59,380 nt of DNA from the sequence record SRR31156797_1705. One strand, given 5' to 3'. The stretch's first letter is position 1; each line of letters opens with the position of its first letter. Made by a program: the position numbers and the translations under genes. Shown here piece by piece: positions 1 through 9,354 of the stretch. The notes under the pieces are model-generated. The model was not told the origin of the DNA. It did no database searches and saw only the letters and a program-made list of their open reading frames with translations.

Positions 1-25
1 CGCCCGCCTGCGGCGAGGTAAAGTG
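1..25. repeat. 25-bp terminal direct repeat, copy 1 (REP-like hairpin CGCC-TGC-GGCG)
   Basis: cgcccgcctgcggcgaggtaaagtg is identical to 59356-59380; bases 2-25 match 54453-54476 at 22/24. Confidence 0.95.
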
Positions 26-89
26 TTTCGGGTTCGGTGTTTCCCACCTACGCAAAAGCTTCAGAGGACAAGGGGGTTCGGGGATTTCC
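25..89. repeat. 7-bp GTTYCGN-like tandem units interrupted by a second REP-like element
   Basis: gtttcgg gttcggt gtttccc (25-45), cccacctacgcaaaagcttcagaggacaagg (43-73), gttcggg gatttcc (76-89). Confidence 0.55.
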
Positions 90-612
90 TATTGTGCTAA
101 AACTTTCGCCTGCACTTAAGTTTCGGTTAATGGGATCGGAGAAAGAAAGCGGTTTGGGTGGTAATGTCAAGATGAACAGGAAACACTGACATATTTTATA
201 TTAACCTGTGGTTTGACGAATTATAAAATAACACAGCGATAAGCCTTACCATCGCTATACCATCTTCTTGTTTTCCTTAAGGATTATTAGGGAAAATGCG
301 TGGTTATCTATATCACAAAATGAGGCAGCTGTGGATAAATTGGCAGTTATCACAGATTGCTGGATATCAAACCCCTAACAAATATTGGCAGCATACAGGC
401 CATTGAAATGCAGTTAAACACAGGCTTTTGCGGTGACAAATTTACCTGGCTCTTTTCCCTATCCGGCATTTCCCAGCATTATACCGCATTTGAAAACACG
501 AACAATGTTTTTCATGATTCTTGCCATAGCGTGCCATGTTAATTTAATATTCAACTTAAAATTGTTACAATCATGAAAAGTTTAGTTTTCATTACAAGGA
601 AAGGAGGGCACG

Positions 613-1275
613 ATGGCCCGACTTGGTAAAGGAATCCTGGGCGGCGTCTCAGGGAAAATCGGAAATGTGGTGGGAGGCAACTGGAAAGGCATCGACTACC
701 TGCGGGTATTGCCTGCTTCTGTTGCAAACCCGAAAACTGAAAAACAGGTTGATCAGCGCACGAAGTTTATCCGGGTAATCCGTTTTCTTCAGCCGATCAC
801 CGAGTTCGTCCGGGTAGGTTTTAAAGCCTATGCCATTAAAATGACTGCTTTCAATGCAGCCATGAGTTATAATTTTAGTCATGCCATCACAGGTGCATTT
901 CCTGACTATGAGATTGATTATTCCAAAGCACTGGTTTCCCGCGGGAGCCTGGCAGGTATCATCAATCCAACGCTGGGATCGGATGCCGCAGGTGAAGTAA
1001 CTTTTGGCTGGACAGACAATAGCGGCTACGACAATGCCCTGGGGACAGATAAGGTGATGGTGGTGATTTACAATCCTTCCAAAGAAATGGCTGTGACAAA
1101 GCTTGACGCAGCTACCAGGTCATCAGAAACTGTGACTATCTCAGTACCTGACACCTGGACAGGTGATGAAGTAAAATGCTTTGCAGCCTGTTCTGTGCTG
1201 GAGAACCTGATTAACTCTACTGGCAAAAAATCCATCTCCAACAGTGCCTATTGTGGGAGCGTTATGGTGAGCTAA
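613..1275 (+). CDS. DUF6266-family-like Bacteroidota hypothetical protein
   Basis: 220 aa; characteristic N-terminus GILGGVSGKIGNVVGGNWKGIDYLR and NPKTEKQ..QR; C-terminal SISNSAYCG; AAGGAGG upstream. Confidence 0.8.
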   Translation: MARLGKGILGGVSGKIGNVVGGNWKGIDYLRVLPASVANPKTEKQVDQRTKFIRVIRFLQPITEFVRVGFKAYAIKMTAFNAAMSYNFSHAITGAFPDYEIDYSKALVSRGSLAGIINPTLGSDAAGEVTFGWTDNSGYDNALGTDKVMVVIYNPSKEMAVTKLDAATRSSETVTISVPDTWTGDEVKCFAACSVLENLINSTGKKSISNSAYCGSVMVS

Positions 1276-1297
1276 TCTGAGCTTCATCTACTTAACG

Positions 1298-1328
1298 GGC
1301 GGTATCTTTATGGGTATCGCCTTTTTTT
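1298..1328 (+). terminator. probable intrinsic terminator
   Basis: GGCGGTATC / GGTATCGCC stem with G-U pairs followed by T7, about 20 nt after the stop at 1275. Confidence 0.65.
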
Positions 1329-1794
1329 ATACTTTAAATATTTGAACAAAATGATTTTGCTGTTGACAATCAACGCAGGGCAACACAACAATTAGCGGCT
1401 TAATGCAAATAAAATTACTGAGGTGTTCAATTAAACAGCACGGGGAAAAGCATATAGGTAGTTAATTATTTGAATACATCAATAATAATACCCTTAGAGG
1501 AGAAAACGAACTTATCAAGACTTGCCCATATAGATGTGGAACAACTTAGTGCTGACTTATAGGAGTTATTAAATAAAGTTGTTGATAAGTTACGAACAGA
1601 ACCATGACTTTCGGTGTGATAAAACAGACTTTACTATCAAACCCCTAATTTTCAACCCATACCAGCGTGCCAATTTTTTCATCAATGTAATTATTTTAAT
1701 TAACAACCATCTAACTATTTAAATATCAATGAAAACGATTTTTCAACAAATCATTTGTTAAAAACTAGTTTTCACATATAAGCAAAATTGCCAT

Positions 1795-1802
1795 TAAATT
1801 TG
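1795..1802 (+). promoter_or_regulatory. Bacteroidota-type -7 promoter element (TAAATTTG)
   Basis: matches TAnnTTTG upstream of the HTH gene; no clear -33 TTTG at canonical spacing. Confidence 0.4.
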
Positions 1803-1888
1803 CTGAAAATCAAGATTTAAAGATTTTGAGAAAACTAAAAAAGGAGGATTATGGATTTGAATACGATGTTAAATTTAATTTTTATAAG

Positions 1889-2311
1889 ATGACAAAGAAA
1901 AAAAATTATTTCGGAAACCCTGGATCAACAAACCATACCCATGGAAAGCAAAGTGATTGGTATGATTTTGATATGGATGGTTACCCTGGCCGGTTTTACT
2001 GGGAGGCAATGGCTGAAATGGAAAGGATGGGAAAAGAGTACGACCGATTCATTGCTGATATGCTAAAACAAAAGCCGAAGTACACCAAAACGGAAACCCC
2101 TCCGGTTATATACGATACCTGGCTGTCGTCAAAAGAGGTGACGGAAAAATACCCAATTTGCGAAAACACCTTGCGTAAACTTCGAAATAATAAGGAAATC
2201 CCTTCAACGCTGGCTAATGGAAGGTACCTCTTTAGAAAGGAGGATGTTGATGCTTTTTTTCATAAAAACTACAATGGCAAAAAGAAACAAGATCTTGATG
2301 AAGCGGCTTGA
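1889..2311 (+). CDS. helix-turn-helix domain protein (excisionase/HTH_17-like C-terminal domain)
   Basis: WLSSKEVTEKYPICENTLRKLRNNKEIP...GRYLFRKEDVDAF is a typical winged-HTH excisionase pattern; ORF is open from TTG 1826, ATG 1889 preferred. Confidence 0.7.
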   Translation: MTKKKNYFGNPGSTNHTHGKQSDWYDFDMDGYPGRFYWEAMAEMERMGKEYDRFIADMLKQKPKYTKTETPPVIYDTWLSSKEVTEKYPICENTLRKLRNNKEIPSTLANGRYLFRKEDVDAFFHKNYNGKKKQDLDEAA

Positions 2312-2478
2312 AAAAGCTATCCTGCCACATTATCGTACACCATGGGTCTCTGTGATGGAGAGCCTGATTATCACTGGTGGTTAAAATTCCAACTCTAAAA
2401 ACGCCTACTGTGGAAGTGCTATCCTGAGGTAACCCGGACCATTCACCAGAATATGAATGTATAATTACAATAACCAAC

Positions 2479-2850
2479 CGGATAAACCGGCCTAAGCTGA
2501 CCCCCTGAAACGGCGAAAAATAATAAGCTTAGGAATGTTTGTTTTGTAAGAAAAAACCGACATTCCGGCGGATACTGCCCCCCTTTGCTTGAAAAATTAC
2601 GGGGGTGTTTTTTTTTTGCTGTGTAGGACCTGGGATAATAATTTGTGATCAGGAAAACGGAGCATGCTGACCCCTTTTTTATCCTTCAAAGTGGCACAAA
2701 ATGAAACGTTTTTGGTGAGGCCTTCATTCACCTGGCACAAAACGAACCGAAATCAACTTCTCAATTTTGGCTAAGAATGGCACATTTTGAACCGAAATCA
2801 CTGGCACTAACTACTCCGAAATTATTGGCACAAATCGAAACGGAATAGCA
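2479..2850. mobile_element. IS21-family-like non-autonomous remnant (terminal repeat arrays, no istA/istB)
   Basis: left units ..CGG-N6/7-CTG(A/C)CCCC near 2480-2505, 2561-2584 and 2654-2674; oppositely oriented TGGCAC-N9-CG.AAT-like units at 2692, 2733, 2778, 2802, 2826, ending ...GGAATAGCA at 2850; no ORF. Confidence 0.55.
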
Positions 2851-2959
2851 ATGAGATCGGATGATGAAAGGTATTTTGGGTTTCGGGTGCTTTGCATTGC
2901 TGTTAATTATATAACAATATATTGATTATTTAACATCTGTTTTATAAAAAGCTTTAATG

Positions 2960-2981
2960 CCTGTTAACCCACTTTAACAGG
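2960..2981. promoter_or_regulatory. palindromic putative operator CCTGTTAA-N6-TTAACAGG
   Basis: perfect 8-bp inverted repeat about 100 bp upstream of the lipoprotein start. Confidence 0.35.
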
Positions 2982-3079
2982 TTGTTAAATAAGCGTTAAT
3001 TATTCAGACTTATTCCAAATAAGCAATTAATATTGCAGAGTAAAAAAAGAAAATGATTATTAATTTAAAATTCAGCAAA

Positions 3080-4126
3080 ATGAGAAATCAAGTATTTTTA
3101 TTAACCACATTGGTTGCAATTTTTCTGTTTAGTTGTCAGAAGCAGGAACCCACAGAGTTTACACCACAGGTTGAGCCTGCAAAAACATTTAAGGCAGGGG
3201 TTGATGACCCGTGCTATGAAGAATCCTTTACAATATACGGGGGACAGACGATCGAGGTGGGAACCTTAACGGTTTCGAACGACGAGGATGAGATCTTTGT
3301 TACCTATGACCTGTCCGGTACCGATTGGCATCTGGATGAGACCCATGTTTTTATTGGCAGGACAGACGATATGCCACTTAACGGCGGAGGTAACCCTAAA
3401 ATTGGTAGATTTCCATTTAGCGAAAGCCATAATGGTGAGCAGGTTTACACCTACACCTTCTTAAGAGAAGATTTTGATGATTGTTTTACAGTGGCTACCC
3501 ATGCTGTTGTTGAGCAATACGATGCAAACGGAAACAAGATTGGTGAAGAAACTGCGTGGGCTGATGGTGGAACTGAATTCCCGGGTAAGCGATGGGGATG
3601 GTATGTTGAGGAGTTTTGTTCAGAAGATTGTGTCCCGGATTTTGATCCGTGCATGACCGCATATGCATACTTCCCATTCAGAGATATAGCCCCTTATAAC
3701 GAATATGAAACAACATGTTTTACTGATCTTGGTTTTGATGAGTTTGGTTGGACGAAGGGTCCATTGCCAGCAACTTTACCTCCGCTTCCTGTATGTGTTG
3801 ATGGATTTCTTTATGGCTGTGAAGCTACATGTGAACCTCAACTAACCTATGATTGGTTATCAATGATCAGAGTTCATGCCCTTGGCTCAGGTAATAATGA
3901 GTTCAGGGTATTTTTTGATTATGTGAAGGATGGCTATCAGATCAAAAACACTTATGTTTATGTTGGAACAGAACCATTGCCAACTGTAAATGGAATTCCA
4001 ACTATTGACCCGCAGGATTTCCCATTTCAACACCTTGATGTCAATTCTGACTTCGATGAATTTATTTTTCCCAATTTTGATGAGGATTTCTACGTGGTTG
4101 GATTTGCAGAGTTTGAAGCACTTTAA
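3080..4126 (+). CDS. putative surface lipoprotein with two related domains
   Basis: signal peptide MRNQVFLLTTLVAIFLFS-C (lipobox) followed by QKQE; internal similarity between ETHVFIG..P..GRFPF and NTYVYVG..P..QDFPF. Confidence 0.75.
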   Translation: MRNQVFLLTTLVAIFLFSCQKQEPTEFTPQVEPAKTFKAGVDDPCYEESFTIYGGQTIEVGTLTVSNDEDEIFVTYDLSGTDWHLDETHVFIGRTDDMPLNGGGNPKIGRFPFSESHNGEQVYTYTFLREDFDDCFTVATHAVVEQYDANGNKIGEETAWADGGTEFPGKRWGWYVEEFCSEDCVPDFDPCMTAYAYFPFRDIAPYNEYETTCFTDLGFDEFGWTKGPLPATLPPLPVCVDGFLYGCEATCEPQLTYDWLSMIRVHALGSGNNEFRVFFDYVKDGYQIKNTYVYVGTEPLPTVNGIPTIDPQDFPFQHLDVNSDFDEFIFPNFDEDFYVVGFAEFEAL

Positions 4127-4156
4127 ATTTAGAAAATAAACTAAATGTCCTAAATC

Positions 4157-4190
4157 AAAAAAAGGCTGTCCAATAAGACAGCCTTTTTTT
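4157..4190. terminator. bidirectional intrinsic terminator
   Basis: A7-GGCTGTC-caataa-GACAGCC-T7 between convergent genes. Confidence 0.9.
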
Positions 4191-4500
4191 ATGGAGCTAG
4201 CATTTGCATGAACAACACCAGAATTGCTAACAAATTATCACAATTTTATAATATAGCTTTATGCTATGTTGAACTGAACAATTATATCTTGATGAAAAAA
4301 TCTCATTCTCCTAAAAAAAATCTCCTCCAAAAGTCCAAACCAAACGATCAGATTAAAACTTGGCCCAAAAGTTAGATTAATGGCACATTTACATGAGATT
4401 ATTAATGGTGCATTTAGAATATTTTCTAGTTTAATACCGGGTTGTTTCTCAGACAAAACTGATCCTAACGATGAAGAAAACAATATTAACCGTACTCGAA

Positions 4501-5928
4501 CTAATTCTGTTTCTTAAGCAATAAATAGCTTTCTGTTTCCAGAGCAGTCATATACTGTTTAATAATCCCACTATCAACCCTTTGCTTTGAGGTTAAAAAA
4601 TAGTCTGCCACTGAAGATTCAAAATGAGCCGGATTTGTCCTGATACTATTCAATCCGGTAAATAGCCTTAGTGCCCTTGGCTTCCTGAATGCGACAATCT
4701 GATCATCTGACACATTTGATTTTAAGTAACTGTAGATGTTTTTCATCTCTTCGTTATAAGCCTGATTTGTATCCCGATTCACTGTAGTGATCGTGATAAA
4801 TCCAATATTAAGAATTGAGAAAATAACGATCAAACCAATGAGTATCCTACTAATGATTAGCTGCCTTATCCTCATCCAACCCATGATTGATATTGCTCCT
4901 TTTATCAAATAAAAAATCATGAATGGTAATACTGGGAATAAAAAGCGCATATCCGGTGTGAAAGGCCACAATATCAAAATAATAAGTACCCCAAATAAAT
5001 ACCCAACAAAATGCAATGTTTTATTCCAGTAACATGTAACCCCATAGAAAGAAACAACAAGAATTAGGATTCCAATGAATATGGACTTAATGCCGGAAAA
5101 GAAAAACCCAATTAAACTTGTATAAATAATAACATTTCGGATTATACTCTCCCAGGTCAAAAAATTAAACATTAATTCTAGATAGCCTCCGCTATCACTG
5201 GGAAATAACCACTTAAAAACAAGTAAGAACGATAAAAAGGCACCATATGGTATAAAGTATAACAAACTGAATTTTTTTAATTTTATAAAACTGTTGACCT
5301 GGTAAATAAATAAGGTTGGTAGCAATACAATACCGATCGTTCTGATGTAATAAGCATAAAAAATCAGGAAGCCTATTGTTATCTGAGTCCATATGTTTGT
5401 TTTACTTCGTATTAATACAAAAACAAGGAAAGTTATAAACAGAAAGGGGAAATCGGAAAGAATGTTATCACTAAACTTTATAAAAAACGGATTCAAGGCA
5501 ATAAGCATAATGAGAAGCAGGATATAGACAGGCTGTGAAAAATATGGCTTAAATATAGTATAGATCAAAGGAAAGGTTAAAATAGAAAACAAGGAACAAT
5601 AAACCTTAAGAACAACAAAATTCAATCCGAAACCATAGTACACTGGTGCCAGTATTAATGGGAATCCATTGGGATATAGATATGGACCTACAATCCATGA
5701 CGAGTTTTGCATAGAAAACTTGTTTACGTTGTAGAGTTGTTCAAGTGAACCGTCAAGTATAGCAGCTGCCTGTTGTATATAAAGTGCGAAATCATCACCC
5801 CAGTTGTGGCCGGGTTCAATTGAGAGTACAATTAAAACAGCGCTCAACAGGATGAGAAATAGCAAAGTCAATTGCTCCGACTTGAAGTAGTACTTAAGAT
5901 CAATATTTTTAAACCTTTTAAATTCCAT
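4501..5928 (-). CDS. GT-C fold (ArnT/PMT-like) membrane glycosyltransferase
   Basis: 475 aa, polytopic; WGDDFALY in first loop, YPNGFPLILAP, ILSDFPF, YYIRTIG. Confidence 0.7.
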   Translation of the reverse strand: MEFKRFKNIDLKYYFKSEQLTLLFLILLSAVLIVLSIEPGHNWGDDFALYIQQAAAILDGSLEQLYNVNKFSMQNSSWIVGPYLYPNGFPLILAPVYYGFGLNFVVLKVYCSLFSILTFPLIYTIFKPYFSQPVYILLLIMLIALNPFFIKFSDNILSDFPFLFITFLVFVLIRSKTNIWTQITIGFLIFYAYYIRTIGIVLLPTLFIYQVNSFIKLKKFSLLYFIPYGAFLSFLLVFKWLFPSDSGGYLELMFNFLTWESIIRNVIIYTSLIGFFFSGIKSIFIGILILVVSFYGVTCYWNKTLHFVGYLFGVLIILILWPFTPDMRFLFPVLPFMIFYLIKGAISIMGWMRIRQLIISRILIGLIVIFSILNIGFITITTVNRDTNQAYNEEMKNIYSYLKSNVSDDQIVAFRKPRALRLFTGLNSIRTNPAHFESSVADYFLTSKQRVDSGIIKQYMTALETESYLLLKKQN

Positions 5929-6080
5929 CAGGAAAACTGAAAATATAGTTGGGGAAGCTTACACTTTATTCCCAATTGATTTACTTTTATAGTAAGCATA
6001 ATATTGAGAAAACATTTGGCAAAAAAATAGCTGCAGATTATAAAAATAAGTACCTACAGCTCCCAAAACAAAAATATTGA

Positions 6081-6233
6081 TTATTTGCTTTTTAGCAGCA
6101 TCTTAATTTTTGCCACAATCCGTTTTACAGGTTGCCAGATAATGATAATCAAGCTGGTAAATACAATGATCAAAACAATGATTACAATTATTATTGTGGC
6201 GATGCTAAGTCCGGGGCCTATGTAGAGTATCAT
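6081..6233 (-). CDS. 50-aa single-pass membrane protein with YIGPG motif (below the ORF-track cutoff)
   Basis: hand translation MILYIGPGLSIATIIIVIIVLIIVFTSLIIIIWQPVKRIVAKIKMLLKSK*; ATG lies 3 nt after the stop of the upstream gene. Confidence 0.75.
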   Translation of the reverse strand: MILYIGPGLSIATIIIVIIVLIIVFTSLIIIIWQPVKRIVAKIKMLLKSK

Positions 6234-6236
6234 GTT

Positions 6237-7535
6237 TTAATTATTTAAAAATTTCAAATCTTCATATATTGTCATCCAGTGTGGGTATTCAGTTGTGCCG
6301 TCATCATTTACAGGATTTGCATATTTCCTCATGATCACCTTTCCATCCTTTATTAAATAGATCTTACCTGCTTCTGTACTTTCGATAAACAATGATCCGT
6401 CACTCAAAAAGGTATGTATCCCCTGATACGTTGTGTAAATTTTTTCCTGCTCAATTACATCCAAAAATGGCATACTAAAACTTGAATCAGAAAAATTATA
6501 CACAACTACATTAGAGCTTTTAAGTGTCAGTGTTACATAATTTCTGGAATCAGCGCCTTCTTCTGCCTGATAGTTTGTATGGGTCCTGTTATTGTTAAAA
6601 ATTGAAATCGCATCTTTTGAATAAATGTCAACATCATGCTGAACAAGAAATGGCCCTGAAATAACACGGAGAATTTTGTTTGTTTCAGGCCGGTAAAGCA
6701 GGATTATAGACCTGTTGCGCAGGCTCAACAGAAGATCACCTTTCTTCCAGAAATCGCCATCAGAAAATATGGGCTGAATATCATTCATATGATACACATC
6801 AGTGCCTAAAGACCTTTCCTCATTACCAAAACCATGAACCAAGTTGACATACCCGTTTGAGATCAGCAAATCCGTTACAGACCTTTCAAAAATAATATTC
6901 CCGGTATTTATATCAACTTTTGTAATGAAATCATCTCTGAACTCAACAACACTATTTTCAAGTTCATTTATAGTACAAACTCTTTTAGAAGTACAACACC
7001 ACAAAGCGCTGTCATAAGAGAGGTTTATTGAATGATGGAAGAAAGTTGCTGAATTGTGCCAGACAATGTTTGAATTTTTATCTATACGAAACAAGTTCCT
7101 GGTTCCGCTCAGGTTACCAATTATTGACCCGTCAGGTAGCAAAATTGGATTGAGAGGATGGGCTACCGGGAATTCAATATCTTTGCCAACAAACTCAGAG
7201 GCTGGAAAAGACCAGGAGTGCAAAATTGAGTCGTTTCTAATATTGGTTAAATTATAAACATATCGGTCCCTTTGTGAATGTGCATTCAGTGCGAAAATAT
7301 CTTTCCGAAGTAAATTTATCTCTGTAAAGTCGTTTTCCACAGTCACCTCGTAGGGTACCGGTTCGCCTTTAAACACTCTTATTACCTTAAAAGGAAATTC
7401 AATGAATTCCAGAAAGGGTTCAGTAAACCTGCCAAGCACAGTGCCTCCCACAACAACATACCTTACTGTAAAGCCAAAAACACTGAGAAATGCTACAAAA
7501 AGGACTGTATAGCTAACAAATCGTATTACTTTCAT
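6237..7535 (-). CDS. arylsulfotransferase (ASST)-family protein
   Basis: N-terminal TM anchor; FHHS, DVYHMND, LLLSLRN, QHD, IFNN motifs. Confidence 0.75.
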   Translation of the reverse strand: MKVIRFVSYTVLFVAFLSVFGFTVRYVVVGGTVLGRFTEPFLEFIEFPFKVIRVFKGEPVPYEVTVENDFTEINLLRKDIFALNAHSQRDRYVYNLTNIRNDSILHSWSFPASEFVGKDIEFPVAHPLNPILLPDGSIIGNLSGTRNLFRIDKNSNIVWHNSATFFHHSINLSYDSALWCCTSKRVCTINELENSVVEFRDDFITKVDINTGNIIFERSVTDLLISNGYVNLVHGFGNEERSLGTDVYHMNDIQPIFSDGDFWKKGDLLLSLRNRSIILLYRPETNKILRVISGPFLVQHDVDIYSKDAISIFNNNRTHTNYQAEEGADSRNYVTLTLKSSNVVVYNFSDSSFSMPFLDVIEQEKIYTTYQGIHTFLSDGSLFIESTEAGKIYLIKDGKVIMRKYANPVNDDGTTEYPHWMTIYEDLKFLNN

Positions 7536-7644
7536 CTTAATAAATCAAAATACACAAACATAATTTCGTTCATCTCCCATTCCTAGCCAAGTTGATTATA
7601 CCGTAGGAATAACAACATAACCAATTTACTTTTCCTAAGGAAAT

Positions 7645-9288
7645 TTAATTGGGTACAAATACATCAAAATATGCTGTGCTGTCAATTTTCTTCCATGAAT
7701 TTTTTATTTCCCAGGCAACCTGTGAACTAAATTTATATCCTGAATTATCGACCCCGATCTTTTGTGGATACCTTTCCATAAAGACATAAGCATGACTATT
7801 CCTGAGTGAATGGATCAGTTGATCATTCTTCCCGGCAGATTCTGAATTGAAAATCCAATCCAGACCCGTCGGTGAATTCGTATTTGTCAGGTAATTTGAC
7901 AAGGGCATGCCTGGTAAAGTCTTAAAGTTTTTCCCATATTTTTCATTGAGATGATTAAACTCCGTATATTTTTCATGGGTTGATTTACTTACCCTTATGA
8001 AAGCGGTTTTTGGGAACATATCGCTAATCCGGTACGTAATCTGATGTCGTGGAGGGTTTAGATAAGGCTTTTGATTGGCAATCAGATAAACAAAAAAGCC
8101 TAATAATAGTAAATAATATGCAAGGTTCGATATTCTTTTAACATCAAACCAGCATTTGGAAACAAGAAGGAAGCCTAATATTAAAGGGACCGAGAAGAAT
8201 ACCGGAGTCATGTAACTATAGCTGATTCCGGCAGTCCAGGATAGTATGATCAAGAACCAAAAGGTTATGCTTTTCTTGTTAAAGGATAAGTCATTGAGTA
8301 AATACATAATAGTAACTAAAAAAAGTAGGCTGGCAACATGATCGCGGAATCTGCCATCTCCTGGGCCGGAATCAGAAAAGAGGTTGACAAAGAAACCGGC
8401 CAGAGGATAGAGCATTAAATAAGAAATAAACAAATAAGGTAAGAGAAATCTATTCCCGGAGCCCTCTTCTTTTTTTATAAAGTTTCTGATAATCAACCAA
8501 AACAGAACAGGTAAAACTAAAAACATTTGCCTTATCCCGAGATAGCTAAAAATTCCTGCCTTCAATAGGTCAACAATTTTCAGCCCACCTGTGGTTTGAT
8601 CAATGAAACCGGAAAGCATCCCTGCCTTAAATAGTAAAAAGATAAATATCAGGGTGAATGTCATCACACTACCTGAAGCGATGAAGAATTTCTTACTGCT
8701 CCTACTGACAAATACAACATACATAATTCCCAAAAGCGGCATAAGGTAAAAGGGTTGTTTGCAAAGCGCCGCTAAAAACAGAAAGAACATCCCGGAGATA
8801 ACTTTATCAGCTCCGTTATCCCTTGAAAGCAAAAATATACCAGCAGATGAAAAAAACACGGCATCAATGGCATGCCATGAAGTAGAGGGAAAGTTCGTTG
8901 AAGCATATATAAAGCCGATTGAGGCAAGAAAATATTTATTGATACCGATTTCCAATAAATTAAAAACTCTGTTCAGTGTTAATGCACCAAAAAATGAAGA
9001 CAATGCCAGTAAGATATACCCGAAAGCTCTTTCAGATATTATTTGAAATTTCTCAGGTAATAATAAATGGATGGTATGAAAATATGGTGTTAATGGTGGT
9101 TTTATCATAATGAAATCGCGATACGGCAACTCACCGTTGAAAATGCGCCAGGAGAATGCAAGCGTGTAGCCCCGATCGGCATCATCATATCCTACAGGCC
9201 CATAGTATAATATGTAAAATATTACAACTAGAACAAATAGCAATAAATGCCAGTGGGTTCCATGGATTTTTGCGGACATGTTACTCAA
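7645..9288 (-). CDS. polytopic membrane protein, GT-C-like
   Basis: 547 aa; DADRGY..FSWRIFNGELPYRDF..KPPL, ALCKQPF; many TM segments. Confidence 0.6.
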   Translation of the reverse strand: MSNMSAKIHGTHWHLLLFVLVVIFYILYYGPVGYDDADRGYTLAFSWRIFNGELPYRDFIMIKPPLTPYFHTIHLLLPEKFQIISERAFGYILLALSSFFGALTLNRVFNLLEIGINKYFLASIGFIYASTNFPSTSWHAIDAVFFSSAGIFLLSRDNGADKVISGMFFLFLAALCKQPFYLMPLLGIMYVVFVSRSSKKFFIASGSVMTFTLIFIFLLFKAGMLSGFIDQTTGGLKIVDLLKAGIFSYLGIRQMFLVLPVLFWLIIRNFIKKEEGSGNRFLLPYLFISYLMLYPLAGFFVNLFSDSGPGDGRFRDHVASLLFLVTIMYLLNDLSFNKKSITFWFLIILSWTAGISYSYMTPVFFSVPLILGFLLVSKCWFDVKRISNLAYYLLLLGFFVYLIANQKPYLNPPRHQITYRISDMFPKTAFIRVSKSTHEKYTEFNHLNEKYGKNFKTLPGMPLSNYLTNTNSPTGLDWIFNSESAGKNDQLIHSLRNSHAYVFMERYPQKIGVDNSGYKFSSQVAWEIKNSWKKIDSTAYFDVFVPN

Positions 9289-9354
9289 AATGACTTAATA
9301 ATTTAGCCTTTGTTTTAGTATCCTTATTATTTACCAAACCAGATTAAGCATTAT

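Noticed and set aside
515-536. Minus-strand sigma-54 promoter TGGCACGCTATGGCA
   Set aside because: GG-to-GC spacing is one base off the strict -24/-12 requirement.
357-542. 61-aa plus-strand ORF
   Set aside because: TTG start, no motif, and it lies in a probable regulatory region.
90-612. Invertible promoter of the Bacteroides capsule type
   Set aside because: Only short AT-rich inverted repeats are present (192-200/222-230; 235-256). No long IR pair brackets a full promoter and no invertase is present.
613-2311. Prophage or ICE
   Set aside because: Only an HTH excisionase-like gene is present; no integrase, structural, relaxase or conjugation genes are recognisable.
2692-2850. Possible CRISPR array or sigma-54 promoters (TGGCAC repeats)
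   Set aside because: Units abut at 24 bp with no unique spacers and there are no cas genes; no TTGC at the -12 position.
4259-4483. 74-aa minus-strand ORF after the last GT-C gene
   Set aside because: No recognisable motif and a weak start; probably a chance ORF before the terminator.
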